Shown: piece by piece, positions 42,411 through 58,729 of the stretch
How the letters are laid out: each line of letters opens with the position of its first letter
Numbering within the stretch: position 1 is the stretch's first letter
Assembly (NCBI GenBank): GCA_963815115.1
Contig: CAWFFN010000007.1
Span: 448,001-512,000 of the forward strand
Reading direction: 5' to 3'
Length of the DNA: 64,000 nucleotides
Origin: an uncultured delta proteobacterium
GTDB taxonomy: Bacteria > Desulfobacterota > Binatia > DP-6
The notes under the pieces: model-generated
What the model was told of the DNA's origin: nothing
Databases searched by the model: none
Seen by the model: only the letters and a program-made list of their open reading frames with translations
Made by a program: the position numbers and the translations under genes

Positions 42411-43178
42411 ATGGAGCTGCGGGGCGCCGTCGCGCTGGTGACGGGAGCGAGCCGCGGGGTCGGACGCGCGATCGCGGTGGCGCTCGCCGAGGCCGGAGCG
42501 GACGTCGCATGCGCCGCACGTGCCACCGACGTCTCCCCGCTCGAGATCCCGGGCACGATCGACGAGACGGTGCGCGCGGTCGAGCAGCGCGGCGGCCGCG
42601 GGCTCGCCATTCCCACCGACCTCTCGAAGCCCGACCAGGTCGAGGCCATGGTGGCGCGGACCATCACCACCTTCGGCCGCCTCGACATCCTCGTCAGCAA
42701 CGCCGCCATCACGTTTCCCGGGGACCTCGAGCTGCCCATGAAACGGTGGGACCTGGTGCTCGACGTCAACCTGCGCGCGCCGCTGCTGGCGATGAAGGCG
42801 GCGCTCCCCGGCATGATCGCGCGGCGCCACGGCAGCATCCTGAACGTGTCGTCGGCCGCGGCCGTCCTGGCCGTTCCCGGGCTGCTCGTGTACGGCGTGT
42901 CGAAGGCGGCGCTCGAACGCCTCACGACCGGCGCCGCGGAGGAGCTGCGGCCCTACGGCATCGCCGTCAACTGCTTTCGCATCGACGTTCCCCTCGCGTC
43001 CGAGGGCTTCGTCTACAATGCCCCGGAGCTGGACAAGGCCGACTGGGAGCCGAGCGAAGTGGGGGCGGACGGCGCCCTCTGGATGCTCGGCCAGCCGCCC
43101 GCGTTCACGGGCCAGGTCAAGAGCATCACCGAGCTGCGCCGCGAGCACGGCGTGGCGCCGAGCCGGCTCGCGCACTGA
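42411..43178 (+). CDS. SDR family oxidoreductase
   Basis: TGASRGVG, YGVSK. Confidence 0.92.
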   Translation: MELRGAVALVTGASRGVGRAIAVALAEAGADVACAARATDVSPLEIPGTIDETVRAVEQRGGRGLAIPTDLSKPDQVEAMVARTITTFGRLDILVSNAAITFPGDLELPMKRWDLVLDVNLRAPLLAMKAALPGMIARRHGSILNVSSAAAVLAVPGLLVYGVSKAALERLTTGAAEELRPYGIAVNCFRIDVPLASEGFVYNAPELDKADWEPSEVGADGALWMLGQPPAFTGQVKSITELRREHGVAPSRLAH

Positions 43179-43207
43179 GGGGCGAGGGACTCGCGCGGAC
43201 GGATCGG

Positions 43208-44761
43208 GTGGCGGACCGGCGAGCAGGCATCCTGCTGCCACTCTTCAGCCTGCGCAGCCCGCGGGACTGGGGAGTGGGGGAGCTCGGCGACGTCGGGCGG
43301 TGGTGCGCCTGGCAGGCGTCGGCGGGGCACACGGTCCTTCAGCTCCTGCCCATCGCGGAGATCGGGGGACACGAGAGCAGCCCGTACGCCGCGCTGAGCG
43401 CGTTCGCGCTCGACCCGCTCTACCTCACTCTGGACGGGGTCGAGGACTTCGCCGCGGCGGGCGGCGAGGCCGCCCTCTCGGCGGCCGCGCGGCGCGATCT
43501 CGAGACCGCGCGGGCGGCGCCGGGGATCGATCGCGCGAGGATCCGGCGCGTCAAGGGCGAGGCGCTCGCCCTGGCGCACGCCCACTTCGAAGCCCACGAG
43601 GCGGCGTCCGGTTCGTCGCGCGGCCGTGCCTTCGAGCGTTTCGTCGAGGCCGACCGCTGGCTCGACGACTACGTGCTGTTCCGTGCCCTGGCGCGGCAAC
43701 ACGCCGAGCGGGCGTGGACCGACTGGCCGGCGGGGCTGCGCGACCGCGATCCGGTGGCACTCGAGCGCGTGCGGGTGGCGCTCGCGCCCGCGCTCCGGTT
43801 GCTCGCCTGGGTGCAGTGGGTGCTCGCCGTGCAGTGGGAGGAGGCGCGGCGCGCCGCCGCGGCGGTCGGGGTCCGGCTCTTCGGCGACATCCCCTTCATG
43901 GTTTCCGAGAACAGCGCGGACGTCTGGTGCCGGCAGGACGAGTTTCGCCTGGATGCCACGATCGGAGCGCCGCCGGATGCGTTCTCTCCGGAGGGTCAGG
44001 ACTGGGGCCTGCCGATCATCCGCTGGGACGTCATGCAGGGCGGGGACCACGCCTGGTGGCGCGAACGGTGCCGGCGCGCGGCGGCGCTCTTCGACGGCGT
44101 CCGCCTCGACCACGTGCTCGGCTACTACCGGGTCTACCAACGGCCGTGCGAGGGGCCGCCGTTCTTCGACCCGCCGGACGAGGGCGCGCAGCGCGCCCGT
44201 GGCGAGATGCTGCTGGAGGTCGCCGCCGAGGCGGCCGGCTCCCTGCAGCTGATCGGGGAGGACCTGGGCTCGGTGCCGGACTTCGTTCGCCAGTCCCTGT
44301 CGCGGCTCGCCGTCCCCGGCTTCCGGGTGCTGCGGTGGGAGCACGACCGGGGCATCTTCCGCGATCCGCACGGCTACCCCGAGCTGTCGGTCGCCACCAG
44401 CGGCACGCACGACACCTCGTCCCTGGCCGCCTGGTGGGAGGACGAGCTCGACGACGACGGCCGGCGCGCGCTCGCCGCGGTGCCGGCGTTCGCGGCGCTG
44501 CGCGACGGCGCCGATCGGCTGACGCCCGAGGTCCACGCCACATTGCTCGCCGGCCTCTATGCCGCGGGGTCGGGGCTCGTCGTGCTCCCCTTCATGGACG
44601 CCTATGGCGGCAGGGAGCGCATCAACGTGCCGTCGACCGTGAGCGCGGCCAACTGGTCGTATCGCCTGCCCTGGACGGTGGACGAGCTACGGGGCGAGTC
44701 GGGTGCCGCTCTCGCGGACCGGCTCCGCGCGCTGGCGCGTTCGTCGGGGCGGATCGGCTAG
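43208..44761 (+). CDS. malQ: 4-alpha-glucanotransferase (GH77)
   Basis: GILLPLFSL, SSPY, GDIPF, GAPPDAFSPEGQDWG, RLDHVLG, GEDLG, GTHDT, RINVP. Confidence 0.93.
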   Translation: MADRRAGILLPLFSLRSPRDWGVGELGDVGRWCAWQASAGHTVLQLLPIAEIGGHESSPYAALSAFALDPLYLTLDGVEDFAAAGGEAALSAAARRDLETARAAPGIDRARIRRVKGEALALAHAHFEAHEAASGSSRGRAFERFVEADRWLDDYVLFRALARQHAERAWTDWPAGLRDRDPVALERVRVALAPALRLLAWVQWVLAVQWEEARRAAAAVGVRLFGDIPFMVSENSADVWCRQDEFRLDATIGAPPDAFSPEGQDWGLPIIRWDVMQGGDHAWWRERCRRAAALFDGVRLDHVLGYYRVYQRPCEGPPFFDPPDEGAQRARGEMLLEVAAEAAGSLQLIGEDLGSVPDFVRQSLSRLAVPGFRVLRWEHDRGIFRDPHGYPELSVATSGTHDTSSLAAWWEDELDDDGRRALAAVPAFAALRDGADRLTPEVHATLLAGLYAAGSGLVVLPFMDAYGGRERINVPSTVSAANWSYRLPWTVDELRGESGAALADRLRALARSSGRIG

Positions 44762-44789
44762 CCGCCGGGCGCTCCCGTCCGGAGTCCGC

Positions 44790-45047
44790 TCAGCGGTCTC
44801 GGGAGCCGCGCCGCGTGGCGAGCAGGCGCCGCAGACCGATCAGGAGGAGCTGGGCCGCCCCGCATGCCTCGCGCGTGCCGGAGCTCTCGACCTCGAAACG
44901 TCCGTCCGGGAGCTCGCGCACCTCGACCCCGCGCGCAGTCAGGAACGCCCGCACCTGCGCCAGCTCCGCCGCACGCAGCTCGAGTGTCCGCTCGGCGTCC
45001 CAACGCCGAACGATTGCATCCGCCACCACCTCGATCCCTTCTCGCAT
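44790..45047 (-). CDS. small hypothetical protein
   Basis: 85-aa ORF with coding-like bias. Confidence 0.45.
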   Translation of the reverse strand: MREGIEVVADAIVRRWDAERTLELRAAELAQVRAFLTARGVEVRELPDGRFEVESSGTREACGAAQLLLIGLRRLLATRRGSRDR

Positions 45048-45156
45048 GGCGGCGGGACCCTACCGCGGACGAGGCCATCGGGACAAGAGTAGTGTGACGA
45101 AGACCTCGTGAAAGGCCGGTGAACCCCCGAACGGGGTCCCGGGCCGGAAAACGGGG

Positions 45157-47055
45157 TCAGGGATAGCGAAGGCCCCCCTGCCTGGTGGTCCGGAGGTCCC
45201 CGGTCATCACGGCGCAGCGGTTCGAGGCCGCGCCGGCCCCCGGAGCGCTGAACCCGACGGTCACCCGCATGCCGCCGGGCCTGGGCATCCGGAGGTCCAT
45301 GCCCCGGCCGACCGTCCGGGTCCGGAGGACCCCGCTCGCCATCGGCTTGAGCCGCATGCCTTCGATGGCTCGGGCGCTGGCGACGAGGTGCTTGCGGTCG
45401 CGGAAGCGGAAGTCGCCGTGCCGCTTGCGGAACTGGCCGGCCGGCAGCTCGGCGCAGAGCACCTCGGGGCCCCCGTCGGCCCGCATCTGCAGGAAGACGT
45501 CCTCGCTGAGCGGTGCCGCCGCGAATCCCGGGCTGCCGAGCCGCCCCCGCAGCCTGAGCACCATCCCGCCGTTCCGGCGGAGCTTCAGCCGGGCGCGCCG
45601 CAGCGTGCCCGCGAAGCTCTGGGCATCGGTGCAGCAGGCGGGATCCTCGAAGTCGACGAGGCCATTGCCGTCGTCGTCGAGGCAGTTGCCGCAGATCTCG
45701 GGCGGGCTGGCGATCGCGGCAGGCGGGCAGCTCGAGCGATCGACGCGGCGGCAGTCCGCAGCGCAGGTGAGGGTGCCTCCCGGGCACGTGCGGCCGTCCA
45801 GGTCGTCGCCATCACAGACCTCGCCGCACTCGTCGTCGATCACGCCGTTGCCGCACTCCAGCTCGCCATCCGCGTCGCAGCCGTCGCAGTCGACGGTATT
45901 GCCGTCGTCGCACTCCTCGTCACAGTCCAGCACGCCATTGCCCACTGTCTCGATGCTGCAGCGTGCCGAGCAGCCGTCGCAGCTCTCGGCGTTGCCGTCG
46001 TCACACTGCTCGCCGGGATCGAGCGTGCCGTCCCCGCAGCGCGGCGGGGAGGGCGGTTGCTGCGGAGTACACGGCCCGGTGGTGAACGCCCCGCAGCCGC
46101 TGCAGGTGAGAAACGAGCCGCCCGGCGACGTGCAGGCGACGTCGCCGTCGCACACCTCGCCGGGGCCGACGACGCCGTCGCCGCAGATCGGCGCGGGCGG
46201 CAGCGTCGTCGTGGTGGTCGTCGATGCGGTCTCGGCCGCGACGAACTGCACGGTGGTGCGCTTGAAGCGCATGCCGGCGGCGGCGAAGCTGCCCTCGAGG
46301 CTGGCGCGTGTGCCCGCCCGGAAGCGGGCCGACGGCGCGCATACCGCGGCGGCCAGGGACCCGCGGCGCGAGACGCGGAGGAGGGAGCCGGCGAGGAAGA
46401 CGTGCACCTGTCCGGCGGAGACCCCGGAGTCATGAAGCGGCCCGACGCGCGCTGCGTTGCTCGCCGTCAGGCTCTCGGTCACGTAGAGGGTCGAGGGTCC
46501 ACGGACGAGGACCTGACCGTTGCGCGAGGCGCGCAGGTTGCAGATCGCGTAGGTGCCCGAGAGGAGGAGCGTGCCCGGCCCGCCGGCGCCACCCTCCACC
46601 CGCACGTCGCCATAGACGCCGGCAGCAAGCGCAACGGTCGCGCCGTGCGGGACGATGACCGGAGCGTGCAGGGGATCGCAGGCCGGGAACGGGTCGGGGA
46701 AGCCGCAGGCCTCGGCGACGCTCGTGAACGGCTGGGCGAACGGCTTCGCCCGGCCGCACGTCGCGCTCGCGCCGCGGCTCGCGGTGGCGAACAGCGCGCT
46801 GCACGAAGACCTCGCATCGAGGCGCACCAGCTTGGCGGCGATGCGCGACGAGGGCGCCGCGAGCTCGTGGCTCGACGAGAAGAAGCCGTCGAGCACCGCA
46901 ACGTCGCCGCTCGACAGCGTGAGCCCGTTCGCGTTGATCCCGTCCGCCGCGAGCAGCGCGTAGTCCGAGAAGAGCGCCTGCGCCTCGGACGATCGCAAGG
47001 ATGCTGCGCAGGCGAGCAGGATGGTGGCGGCGGTGGCGAGACGAGCGAGGCGCAT
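45157..47055 (-). CDS. secreted protein with beta-helix-like N-domain and myxobacterial Cys-rich (DUF4215-type) repeats
   Basis: Signal peptide; TTTTTT linker; CGDG...EQCDDGN...DGCS repeats. Confidence 0.85.
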   Translation of the reverse strand: MRLARLATAATILLACAASLRSSEAQALFSDYALLAADGINANGLTLSSGDVAVLDGFFSSSHELAAPSSRIAAKLVRLDARSSCSALFATASRGASATCGRAKPFAQPFTSVAEACGFPDPFPACDPLHAPVIVPHGATVALAAGVYGDVRVEGGAGGPGTLLLSGTYAICNLRASRNGQVLVRGPSTLYVTESLTASNAARVGPLHDSGVSAGQVHVFLAGSLLRVSRRGSLAAAVCAPSARFRAGTRASLEGSFAAAGMRFKRTTVQFVAAETASTTTTTTLPPAPICGDGVVGPGEVCDGDVACTSPGGSFLTCSGCGAFTTGPCTPQQPPSPPRCGDGTLDPGEQCDDGNAESCDGCSARCSIETVGNGVLDCDEECDDGNTVDCDGCDADGELECGNGVIDDECGEVCDGDDLDGRTCPGGTLTCAADCRRVDRSSCPPAAIASPPEICGNCLDDDGNGLVDFEDPACCTDAQSFAGTLRRARLKLRRNGGMVLRLRGRLGSPGFAAAPLSEDVFLQMRADGGPEVLCAELPAGQFRKRHGDFRFRDRKHLVASARAIEGMRLKPMASGVLRTRTVGRGMDLRMPRPGGMRVTVGFSAPGAGAASNRCAVMTGDLRTTRQGGLRYP

Positions 47056-47104
47056 CGATGAGTTCCCCCCGGGCGGATGCGGTGGTGACGTCGGCGCCAG
47101 AGAG

Positions 47105-47120
47105 TGCAAGCCACGTGCCC
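47105..47120 (-). promoter_or_regulatory. sigma54 -24/-12 promoter
   Basis: GGGCAC-GTGGC-TTGCA on the minus strand, 50 bp upstream of ATG 47055. Confidence 0.6.
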
Positions 47121-47316
47121 CGTGAAAACGCGGCACGCGCCTGCGAGCACGCGCGCGGGCGGTCGCATGCACGCCGGGTTCATGCAGGCGTGCCGCACCA
47201 GCGCTCACGTCGTCGCGTCGTCCTCCGGCGCGGTCTCTGGCATGCGCAAGATGTGCTCGCCGAACACATCTCCTGGCATCCCCTGCCGATCCGGTCAGCT
47301 TGCGACGGTGGCGACG

Positions 47317-48225
47317 ATGAGTCTATCACGACCGGCCGTGACGCTGACCAGGCGTACGTTGCTCAGGACAGCCGCAGCCGCCGGCGCGAGCGCGCTCGCG
47401 GCGTGCGCGCCGCGCGTCGCGGGGCGCGGCGCCCGGTCCGCACCCATCACCCGCACGCTGCCGTTCGAGCGCATCGCGTACGGCAGCGACCCGCAGCAAT
47501 TCGGCGAGCTGCGAAGGCCGCCGGGGACCGCTCCGTGTCCGGTGGTGGTCGTCGTGCACGGCGGCTTCTGGCTCTCGCAGTATGACCTGAGCCTCATGGT
47601 CCCGGTGTGCGAAGCGCTCACCAGCGAGGGGCTGGCGACGTGGAACGTCGAGTATCGGCGCCTGGGCGACCCGGGTGGCGGCTGGGCCGGGACCTTGCTC
47701 GACGTCGGTGCCGCCGTCGACCATCTACGCTCGTTCGCGCCCCACCATGGGCTCGAGGTGCGCCGCACCATCACCCTCGGGCACTCCGCCGGTGGCCAGC
47801 TCGCGCTCTGGATCGCGGGCCGGCGCTGGATACGGACCGGCGACCTCGCGAGGCCCCGGCCGTTCAAGCCGCGCGGGGCCGTGTCGCTCGCTGGCATCGT
47901 CGACCTGCGCAGGGCCTACGACCTCGGCTTGCAGTCGGTGGCGAACCTGATGGGTGGGTCGCCGGCCGAGTTTCCGGCACGCTACGACGCCGCGTCGCCC
48001 GCCGCGCTCCTTCCGCTCGGCATCCCGCAGCTCCTCGTCCACGGTACCGCCGATCCCCTCGTGCCCGAGGCGCTGAGCGCGGAGTACCAGCGCGAGGCCA
48101 AGGCTCGCGGCGACGAGGTCCGACTCGTGCCGCTCGAGAACATCGGGCACTTCGAGCTGATCGATCCGAAGTCGGCGGCGTGGCCGACCGTGCGCGACGG
48201 CGTGCGCGCGCTGCTCGCCTCCTGA
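47317..48225 (+). CDS. Tat-exported alpha/beta hydrolase
   Basis: TRRTLL Tat motif, HGGFW, GHSAGG, HGTAD, GHFELI. Confidence 0.9.
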   Translation: MSLSRPAVTLTRRTLLRTAAAAGASALAACAPRVAGRGARSAPITRTLPFERIAYGSDPQQFGELRRPPGTAPCPVVVVVHGGFWLSQYDLSLMVPVCEALTSEGLATWNVEYRRLGDPGGGWAGTLLDVGAAVDHLRSFAPHHGLEVRRTITLGHSAGGQLALWIAGRRWIRTGDLARPRPFKPRGAVSLAGIVDLRRAYDLGLQSVANLMGGSPAEFPARYDAASPAALLPLGIPQLLVHGTADPLVPEALSAEYQREAKARGDEVRLVPLENIGHFELIDPKSAAWPTVRDGVRALLAS

Positions 48226-48278
48226 GGCGCACGGTTGGGGGGACCCCGCGTACGTGCATCGTCTCGAGCTGGAACAGT

Positions 48279-53831
<5,553 letters not shown>

Positions 53832-53911
53832 GGGTGAATCCCGCAGTATAGCCGAGGCGGCTGCCCGCGGAAGGGCCGGCCGTCGTCGGCGAGCCCGCGG
53901 CGCGCTCCCCG

Positions 53912-54997
53912 CTATGCCGAGCGGTGCGTCTCGGGCTCGGGCAGAACGAGCGTGAGACCGGAGGCGAGGCGCCGCGTCGTGGTGACGGCGGTCTCGTCGT
54001 CGTAGCCGACCTGCTCGCCGTCGGGAATCACCGCGCCCGCGCACACCAGCGCGCGACGCACGCGCGCGCAGCGGCCGATGCGGCAGCCGTCGAGCAGCAG
54101 TGAGTCCTCGACCTCTGCGCCGACGTCGACGAGGGTGCCGCGGCCGACCACGCAGCGGATGACGGACCCGCCACGGATGACGGCGCCCTCGCCGAGAAGC
54201 GCATTGAGGGCCTGACCCGGGTGGGACGACGCGCCGCACACGACCTTGGCAGGCGGCAGGCCCTCGCTCGCACCGACCAGGGGCCAGGTCGGATCGTAGA
54301 GGTCGAGACCCGGCGCGTCGGTGCACAGCTCCATGTGCGCGGCATAGTAGGCCTCGACGGAGCTGGGCTCGTGCCAGTAGGGGCGGCGGGCGCCGGCAGC
54401 CGCGGTGGCGAGATCGCGTGCCACGACGCGGTGGCGGCGGACGAATGCCGACACCAGGGTCGAGTCGTCCTCGCCTGGCACCTCGGCGGCGGCGGACAGG
54501 AGGCCGGGTAGGCTGCCCGCCCGCACCACCAGATCGCCGGTCCAGTTCAGCGCACCATGCGACTCGGCGGGCCCGTCGGCGGGCTCGACCCGTACCGTCC
54601 CGCTCGCGTCCACCGCCAGCCGGCAGCCGCCGGAGGAGCCGTCGTCGGGCAGGCAGAGGAGGGCGAGGTCGATGCCGTCCGCCTCCGGGTGGCTGAGCAC
54701 GGGGCGCAGATCGGCGTCGAGGATGTGATCGGCGACCAGCACCACGACGAGCGTCGACGGCTCGTATGGCGCGGAGCCCGCGCACGCGCGCAACGCCGGG
54801 AGCAGGCGCGCCCCCGGACGGGGCGCCGCGCGCCCGCCGGTGCCGTCGAGCACGCGCAGCCCCGAGTTGCGCAGCGTGGTGCGCGCAAAGTCTCCGAGCC
54901 GGTAGCGCGCCGCGAACGGCGCGCATGCCACGTCTGCCGGTACCCCGAGCGGCGCGAGCGACTCGCTCGTGCCTCCGCCGACCACGACACCAACCAT
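53912..54997 (-). CDS. degenerate GlgC/GlgD-like nucleotidyltransferase
   Basis: [35 protein letters not shown], hexapeptide tail; GGxGxRL motif corrupted. Confidence 0.7.
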   Translation of the reverse strand: MVGVVVGGGTSESLAPLGVPADVACAPFAARYRLGDFARTTLRNSGLRVLDGTGGRAAPRPGARLLPALRACAGSAPYEPSTLVVVLVADHILDADLRPVLSHPEADGIDLALLCLPDDGSSGGCRLAVDASGTVRVEPADGPAESHGALNWTGDLVVRAGSLPGLLSAAAEVPGEDDSTLVSAFVRRHRVVARDLATAAAGARRPYWHEPSSVEAYYAAHMELCTDAPGLDLYDPTWPLVGASEGLPPAKVVCGASSHPGQALNALLGEGAVIRGGSVIRCVVGRGTLVDVGAEVEDSLLLDGCRIGRCARVRRALVCAGAVIPDGEQVGYDDETAVTTTRRLASGLTLVLPEPETHRSA

Positions 54998-55152
54998 CGG
55001 CCCCCCGCTGCTGCGTGCGTCCCCGGAGTGGCATCCGATCGGGCGCTCACTCGCACCGCCAGATCCACCGCACCAGCCTCAACGTGCGGAACGCCGCCGA
55101 GTGTACCAGGGTGAACGGACTTGGCAAGGAACCCGGCGCCAATCGCCGGCGG

Positions 55153-55698
55153 TTACTGGTAGGCGACCTTGCGTGCCGTGAGGACCTGGATGTCCGCGAT
55201 CAGCTCGCGGACCGCGGAACGCGTCTGCCGGGCATTGCGCCGCAGCTCGCGCTCGAGCTGGATCCGGCGCCCGTCACGCAGGGAGCGGTTGCGGAGCTGG
55301 AGGTGGGCGCGCTGCATCTCCGCACGCCGATCGAGCAGGCGGTCGACCTTGGCCAGCGCGAGGAGTCGCACGCGGGGCTGAGGCGATCCATCGGCGACCG
55401 CGAGGAGGCGCGACAGCAACCCGACGTGGTGGCGGTTGACGTCGTCGGCCAGCTTGGCGTCCGCCCGCACGATGATCAGGCAGAAGGACGCCTCGTATTC
55501 CCGCAGCGCGGCCTCGACCTGGCGCGCCCGCAGCGCGGCGTCGCCGCGCGTCACACGTCCGATCGCCCGGCGCAGCCGCATCCGCTCGACGGTCGACAGG
55601 ATGGGACGGAGCAGGGGCTGGGCGATCAGGAGCGACAGGCCGACGACCAGCGTCAGTGCCATCGGAAGCAGCACGAGGGCCACCAGCGCGGTCGACAT
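55153..55698 (-). CDS. hypothetical membrane-anchored helical protein
   Basis: N-terminal TM helix and coiled-coil C-terminus. Confidence 0.6.
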   Translation of the reverse strand: MSTALVALVLLPMALTLVVGLSLLIAQPLLRPILSTVERMRLRRAIGRVTRGDAALRARQVEAALREYEASFCLIIVRADAKLADDVNRHHVGLLSRLLAVADGSPQPRVRLLALAKVDRLLDRRAEMQRAHLQLRNRSLRDGRRIQLERELRRNARQTRSAVRELIADIQVLTARKVAYQ

Positions 55699-55748
55699 GC
55701 GAGCACTGCGACTCTACGGCAACGATCAAATACTGACAAGGGGTGATG

Positions 55749-57323
55749 TCAGCAGACGACGCGGTGATCGAGGGCCGGGAAGACGCCATGCCGATCCTCG
55801 AGTGCCGCGAGCGCCGGAAGATCGATCGTGCCGCGCTCGACGGCATCGCAGAGCCACCGACAATGGTCCAGGCTCTCCACCGTCCGCCGGGTGCCGTACT
55901 CCCCGGTGGTCTCGCGCGCCATCATGAAGGCCCAGTCGCTCGCCTGCGCCAGCAGCAGCTCGCGCAGCGCCTGCGTGAGGGCGCGGCGGACGGCGGGGTC
56001 GGCCGGGACGCCATCGCAGCACAGGCGCACGAGGCGACGGGCGGCACCGTCCAGGTGGGAGTATATCCAGTCGTTGGCCGGTCCGAGCCAGACCTCGTGG
56101 TGCCCCTTTGCCCCCCACGTGCTCGCCGCCGGCGTGGCCTGCTGGACGATCGGATGGCGGTCGAGGTCGTCCGAGAGCGTGGTCGCCGTGACCTCCGGGC
56201 TGGTCGGGAGCTGCCGGAGGACTTCCTCGAGCCAGACCGGTCCCTCGTACCACCAGTGTCCGAAGAGCTCGGCATCGTACGGGCAGACGAGGATCGGCGG
56301 GCGGTCCATGCGGCGGCGGAGCCATGCGACCTGCGCACGCCGCGCGGCGACGAAGTGCGCCGCATCCTCGATGGCCCGCGACCGGGCACGCTCGGGGTCG
56401 TAGGGCTCCTTCAGGTCGGTGTTGCCGGTGATGCGGTGATACTTGAGGCCGGTGGCCGTGCGACGGTCACCCGACACGAACGGGCGGAGGGCTTCTTCCG
56501 GCAGGTCGAAGCCGATGTCGCGATGAAAGTCGCGATACCAGGGATCGCGCGGGTAGCCGACCTCCGCGCTCCAGACCTGGGTGGCGCTGTCGGGGTCGCG
56601 CCCGAAGGCAGCCACCCCGGAGGGGCAGGCGACCGGCGCATAGGCTCCGTAGACGGGTTGCGGCGTGGCGTGGGTCAGCCCGTGCGTGTCGACCACGAAG
56701 TAGCGGCAACCCACGCGGGCGAGCTCCGCATCGAGGCCGGGCTCGTAGGCGCACTCGGGAAGCCAGAAGCCCGGCGCGGGCCGGCCGAAGTAGCGCCGGT
56801 ACTCGGCGGTGCCGATCTCGATCTGGGCGCGCACCAGGGAAGGCGAGGCGGCGAGCAGCGGGAGCACGGCATGGGTTGCAGCGGTCGTGATGATCTCGAT
56901 CCGTCCGCGCTCCTGGTGGCCCCGGAGCACGCCGGCGACGTCCTGCCGCCAGTCGTCGAGAAAGCGCGCGCGGGTCCGGATGAAGCGCCGGAGATACATC
57001 TCCGCGCATCGATGCCAGGCCGGCTCGTCGCGGGTACGGCGTTCCTCGCGCTTGCTGAGGCCGACCAGCCGATCGAGATGCTCGAGATAGCGGCCACGCA
57101 GCAGGCGGTCGCCCAGCATCGCGAGCAGGGTCGGGCTGAGCGAGAGCGTGAACGGGGCATGCACGCGATCGCGCTCGAGGGCGGCGAGCATGTCGAGCAG
57201 GGGCAGATAGGTTTCCGTGAGGGCCTCGAAGAGCCAGCGCTCCTCGAGCGACTCGCGATGCTCGGGGTGGCGGACGAAGGGAAGGTGGGCGTGCAGCAGC
57301 AGCGCGATGCCTCCCTGCACCAT
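55749..57323 (-). CDS. GH57 1,4-alpha-glucan branching enzyme (DUF1957)
   Basis: HAHLPFV, ETYLPL, WLPECAY, PYDAELFGHWWYEG, AQASDWAF. Confidence 0.93.
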   Translation of the reverse strand: MVQGGIALLLHAHLPFVRHPEHRESLEERWLFEALTETYLPLLDMLAALERDRVHAPFTLSLSPTLLAMLGDRLLRGRYLEHLDRLVGLSKREERRTRDEPAWHRCAEMYLRRFIRTRARFLDDWRQDVAGVLRGHQERGRIEIITTAATHAVLPLLAASPSLVRAQIEIGTAEYRRYFGRPAPGFWLPECAYEPGLDAELARVGCRYFVVDTHGLTHATPQPVYGAYAPVACPSGVAAFGRDPDSATQVWSAEVGYPRDPWYRDFHRDIGFDLPEEALRPFVSGDRRTATGLKYHRITGNTDLKEPYDPERARSRAIEDAAHFVAARRAQVAWLRRRMDRPPILVCPYDAELFGHWWYEGPVWLEEVLRQLPTSPEVTATTLSDDLDRHPIVQQATPAASTWGAKGHHEVWLGPANDWIYSHLDGAARRLVRLCCDGVPADPAVRRALTQALRELLLAQASDWAFMMARETTGEYGTRRTVESLDHCRWLCDAVERGTIDLPALAALEDRHGVFPALDHRVVC

Positions 57324-57340
57324 CCTCGGCCTCGCTCGGC

Positions 57341-58132
57341 TCAGCGGAGCGGCAGCGCGTCGCTCGCACGCGAGGTCCGCGGCAGCGAATCGCTCGACGG
57401 CACCTCGGCGCCGGACGGCGCGGGGTCACCGCGGCCGGCGGGCGCCGGCAGCCCGCTCGGTACCCGCTGTCCCGACCAGGTGCCCGCGACGTCGGTCGCG
57501 ACGGCCTCGCTGCCGAGCGCGACCCAGCGCACGGCCAGATCCGACGAAGGCCAGGCGGCCGGCGTCGTGACGGTGTTCGATGACATCAGCGGGACGAAGC
57601 GTCCGGTCCGGGTCCGCAGCCCGACCTCCACGCGGTAGGCTCGCCCGGGGCGTGCGACCGGGAAGTGGATGCGCTGTGCTCCCGGCTCGAGCTCGATGTC
57701 CCAGGACGGGAGGCCGTCTTCCTGCGGTCCGTGAACGCGAAGGACCTGACGGACGCCTTCGCCCTCGCTTCCCAGCTTCCGCAGGGCCTCGACGCGCTCG
57801 ATGGACGAGATCTCCCAGTGCGCGAACAGCCACCACGGATCGCGCGCCAGGAGGACCACGCGGTTCAGGTCGTAGGCGCGCGGAAGCGCTCGGCCGCCAT
57901 CGGGGAGCACGGCGGGAGGCGCCGCGTGCGGTGTCGGGGCGGGTGCGGCAGGCGGCTGGTCCTCGGCCGGCGCCTCGAGCTGCGGGCGCGGGGTGCCGGG
58001 TGTCAGGAGACGACGAAGCCCGCCAAAGAGAGGTCGGAGATGCTGCTCGATTCGCCGGGCCGCCGCGTACACGACGGCGTGGAGGGTCTCGAGCGCCGCC
58101 GCTCCCACGCTGGCAAGGTTGGTCGAGCTCAC
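57341..58132 (-). CDS. DUF4912 domain protein
   Basis: LPRAYDLNRVVLLARDPWWLFAHWEI, YRVEVG, SNTVTTP. Confidence 0.85.
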   Translation of the reverse strand: MSSTNLASVGAAALETLHAVVYAAARRIEQHLRPLFGGLRRLLTPGTPRPQLEAPAEDQPPAAPAPTPHAAPPAVLPDGGRALPRAYDLNRVVLLARDPWWLFAHWEISSIERVEALRKLGSEGEGVRQVLRVHGPQEDGLPSWDIELEPGAQRIHFPVARPGRAYRVEVGLRTRTGRFVPLMSSNTVTTPAAWPSSDLAVRWVALGSEAVATDVAGTWSGQRVPSGLPAPAGRGDPAPSGAEVPSSDSLPRTSRASDALPLR

Positions 58133-58188
58133 ACGGCGATGCTAGCGGCTGGATCGCGGTGCGGCAAGAATTCGCCCGTCGGGGGACC

Positions 58189-58659
58189 TCAGGGAGCCGA
58201 GCGGGAGGCGCGGCCGAGGGCGTGGAGCGCCGCGGCCGGCTCGCTCGCGCGCAGCAACGTCTCGCGCAGCGGAGGGGAGCGCAGCAGGGTCGCGATGCTG
58301 GCGAGCGTGTGCAGGTGATCGTTGCTTGCATCGGGCGGCGACAGGATGAGCCCGACGATCCGGATGGGCACGGTCGGCACGGGCTCGTAAAAGCCCTCCG
58401 CGGACAGCGCGAGCGCGACCACGGTCTTGCCGAGGCCGTCGAGCCGCGCATGCGGTACGCCGATGCCGATGTCGAGGACTGCCGTCGACGCTTCCCGCTC
58501 GCGCGCGACGACCGCACTGACGGCGCCGGCTCGTTGCGTCTCCGCGAGCGCCCCGGCACCGACGAGAGTCGCCACCAGGCCGGCGATGGTGTCGGGAAAG
58601 CCCCGCCATGGCGGCGCGATCGCGATCAGCTCGGGACGCAACCGGGAGACGAAGCTCAT
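58189..58659 (-). CDS. PTS EIIA (Fru/Ntr-type) domain protein
   Basis: AREREASTA, GIGVPHARL, HLHTLASIA. Confidence 0.85.
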   Translation of the reverse strand: MSFVSRLRPELIAIAPPWRGFPDTIAGLVATLVGAGALAETQRAGAVSAVVAREREASTAVLDIGIGVPHARLDGLGKTVVALALSAEGFYEPVPTVPIRIVGLILSPPDASNDHLHTLASIATLLRSPPLRETLLRASEPAAALHALGRASRSAP

Positions 58660-58729
58660 GGGTGCCGTGTCGTCTAGCGTTCCCGCTGGAGAATGACAAC
58701 GAAACACACCGCCGCCAGCCGTCCCACGG

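Noticed and set aside
53832-55034. 400-aa N-terminal extension of the 2251-aa UvrA ORF
   Set aside because: It overlaps the glgC-like gene in another frame; UvrA homology starts near 53831.
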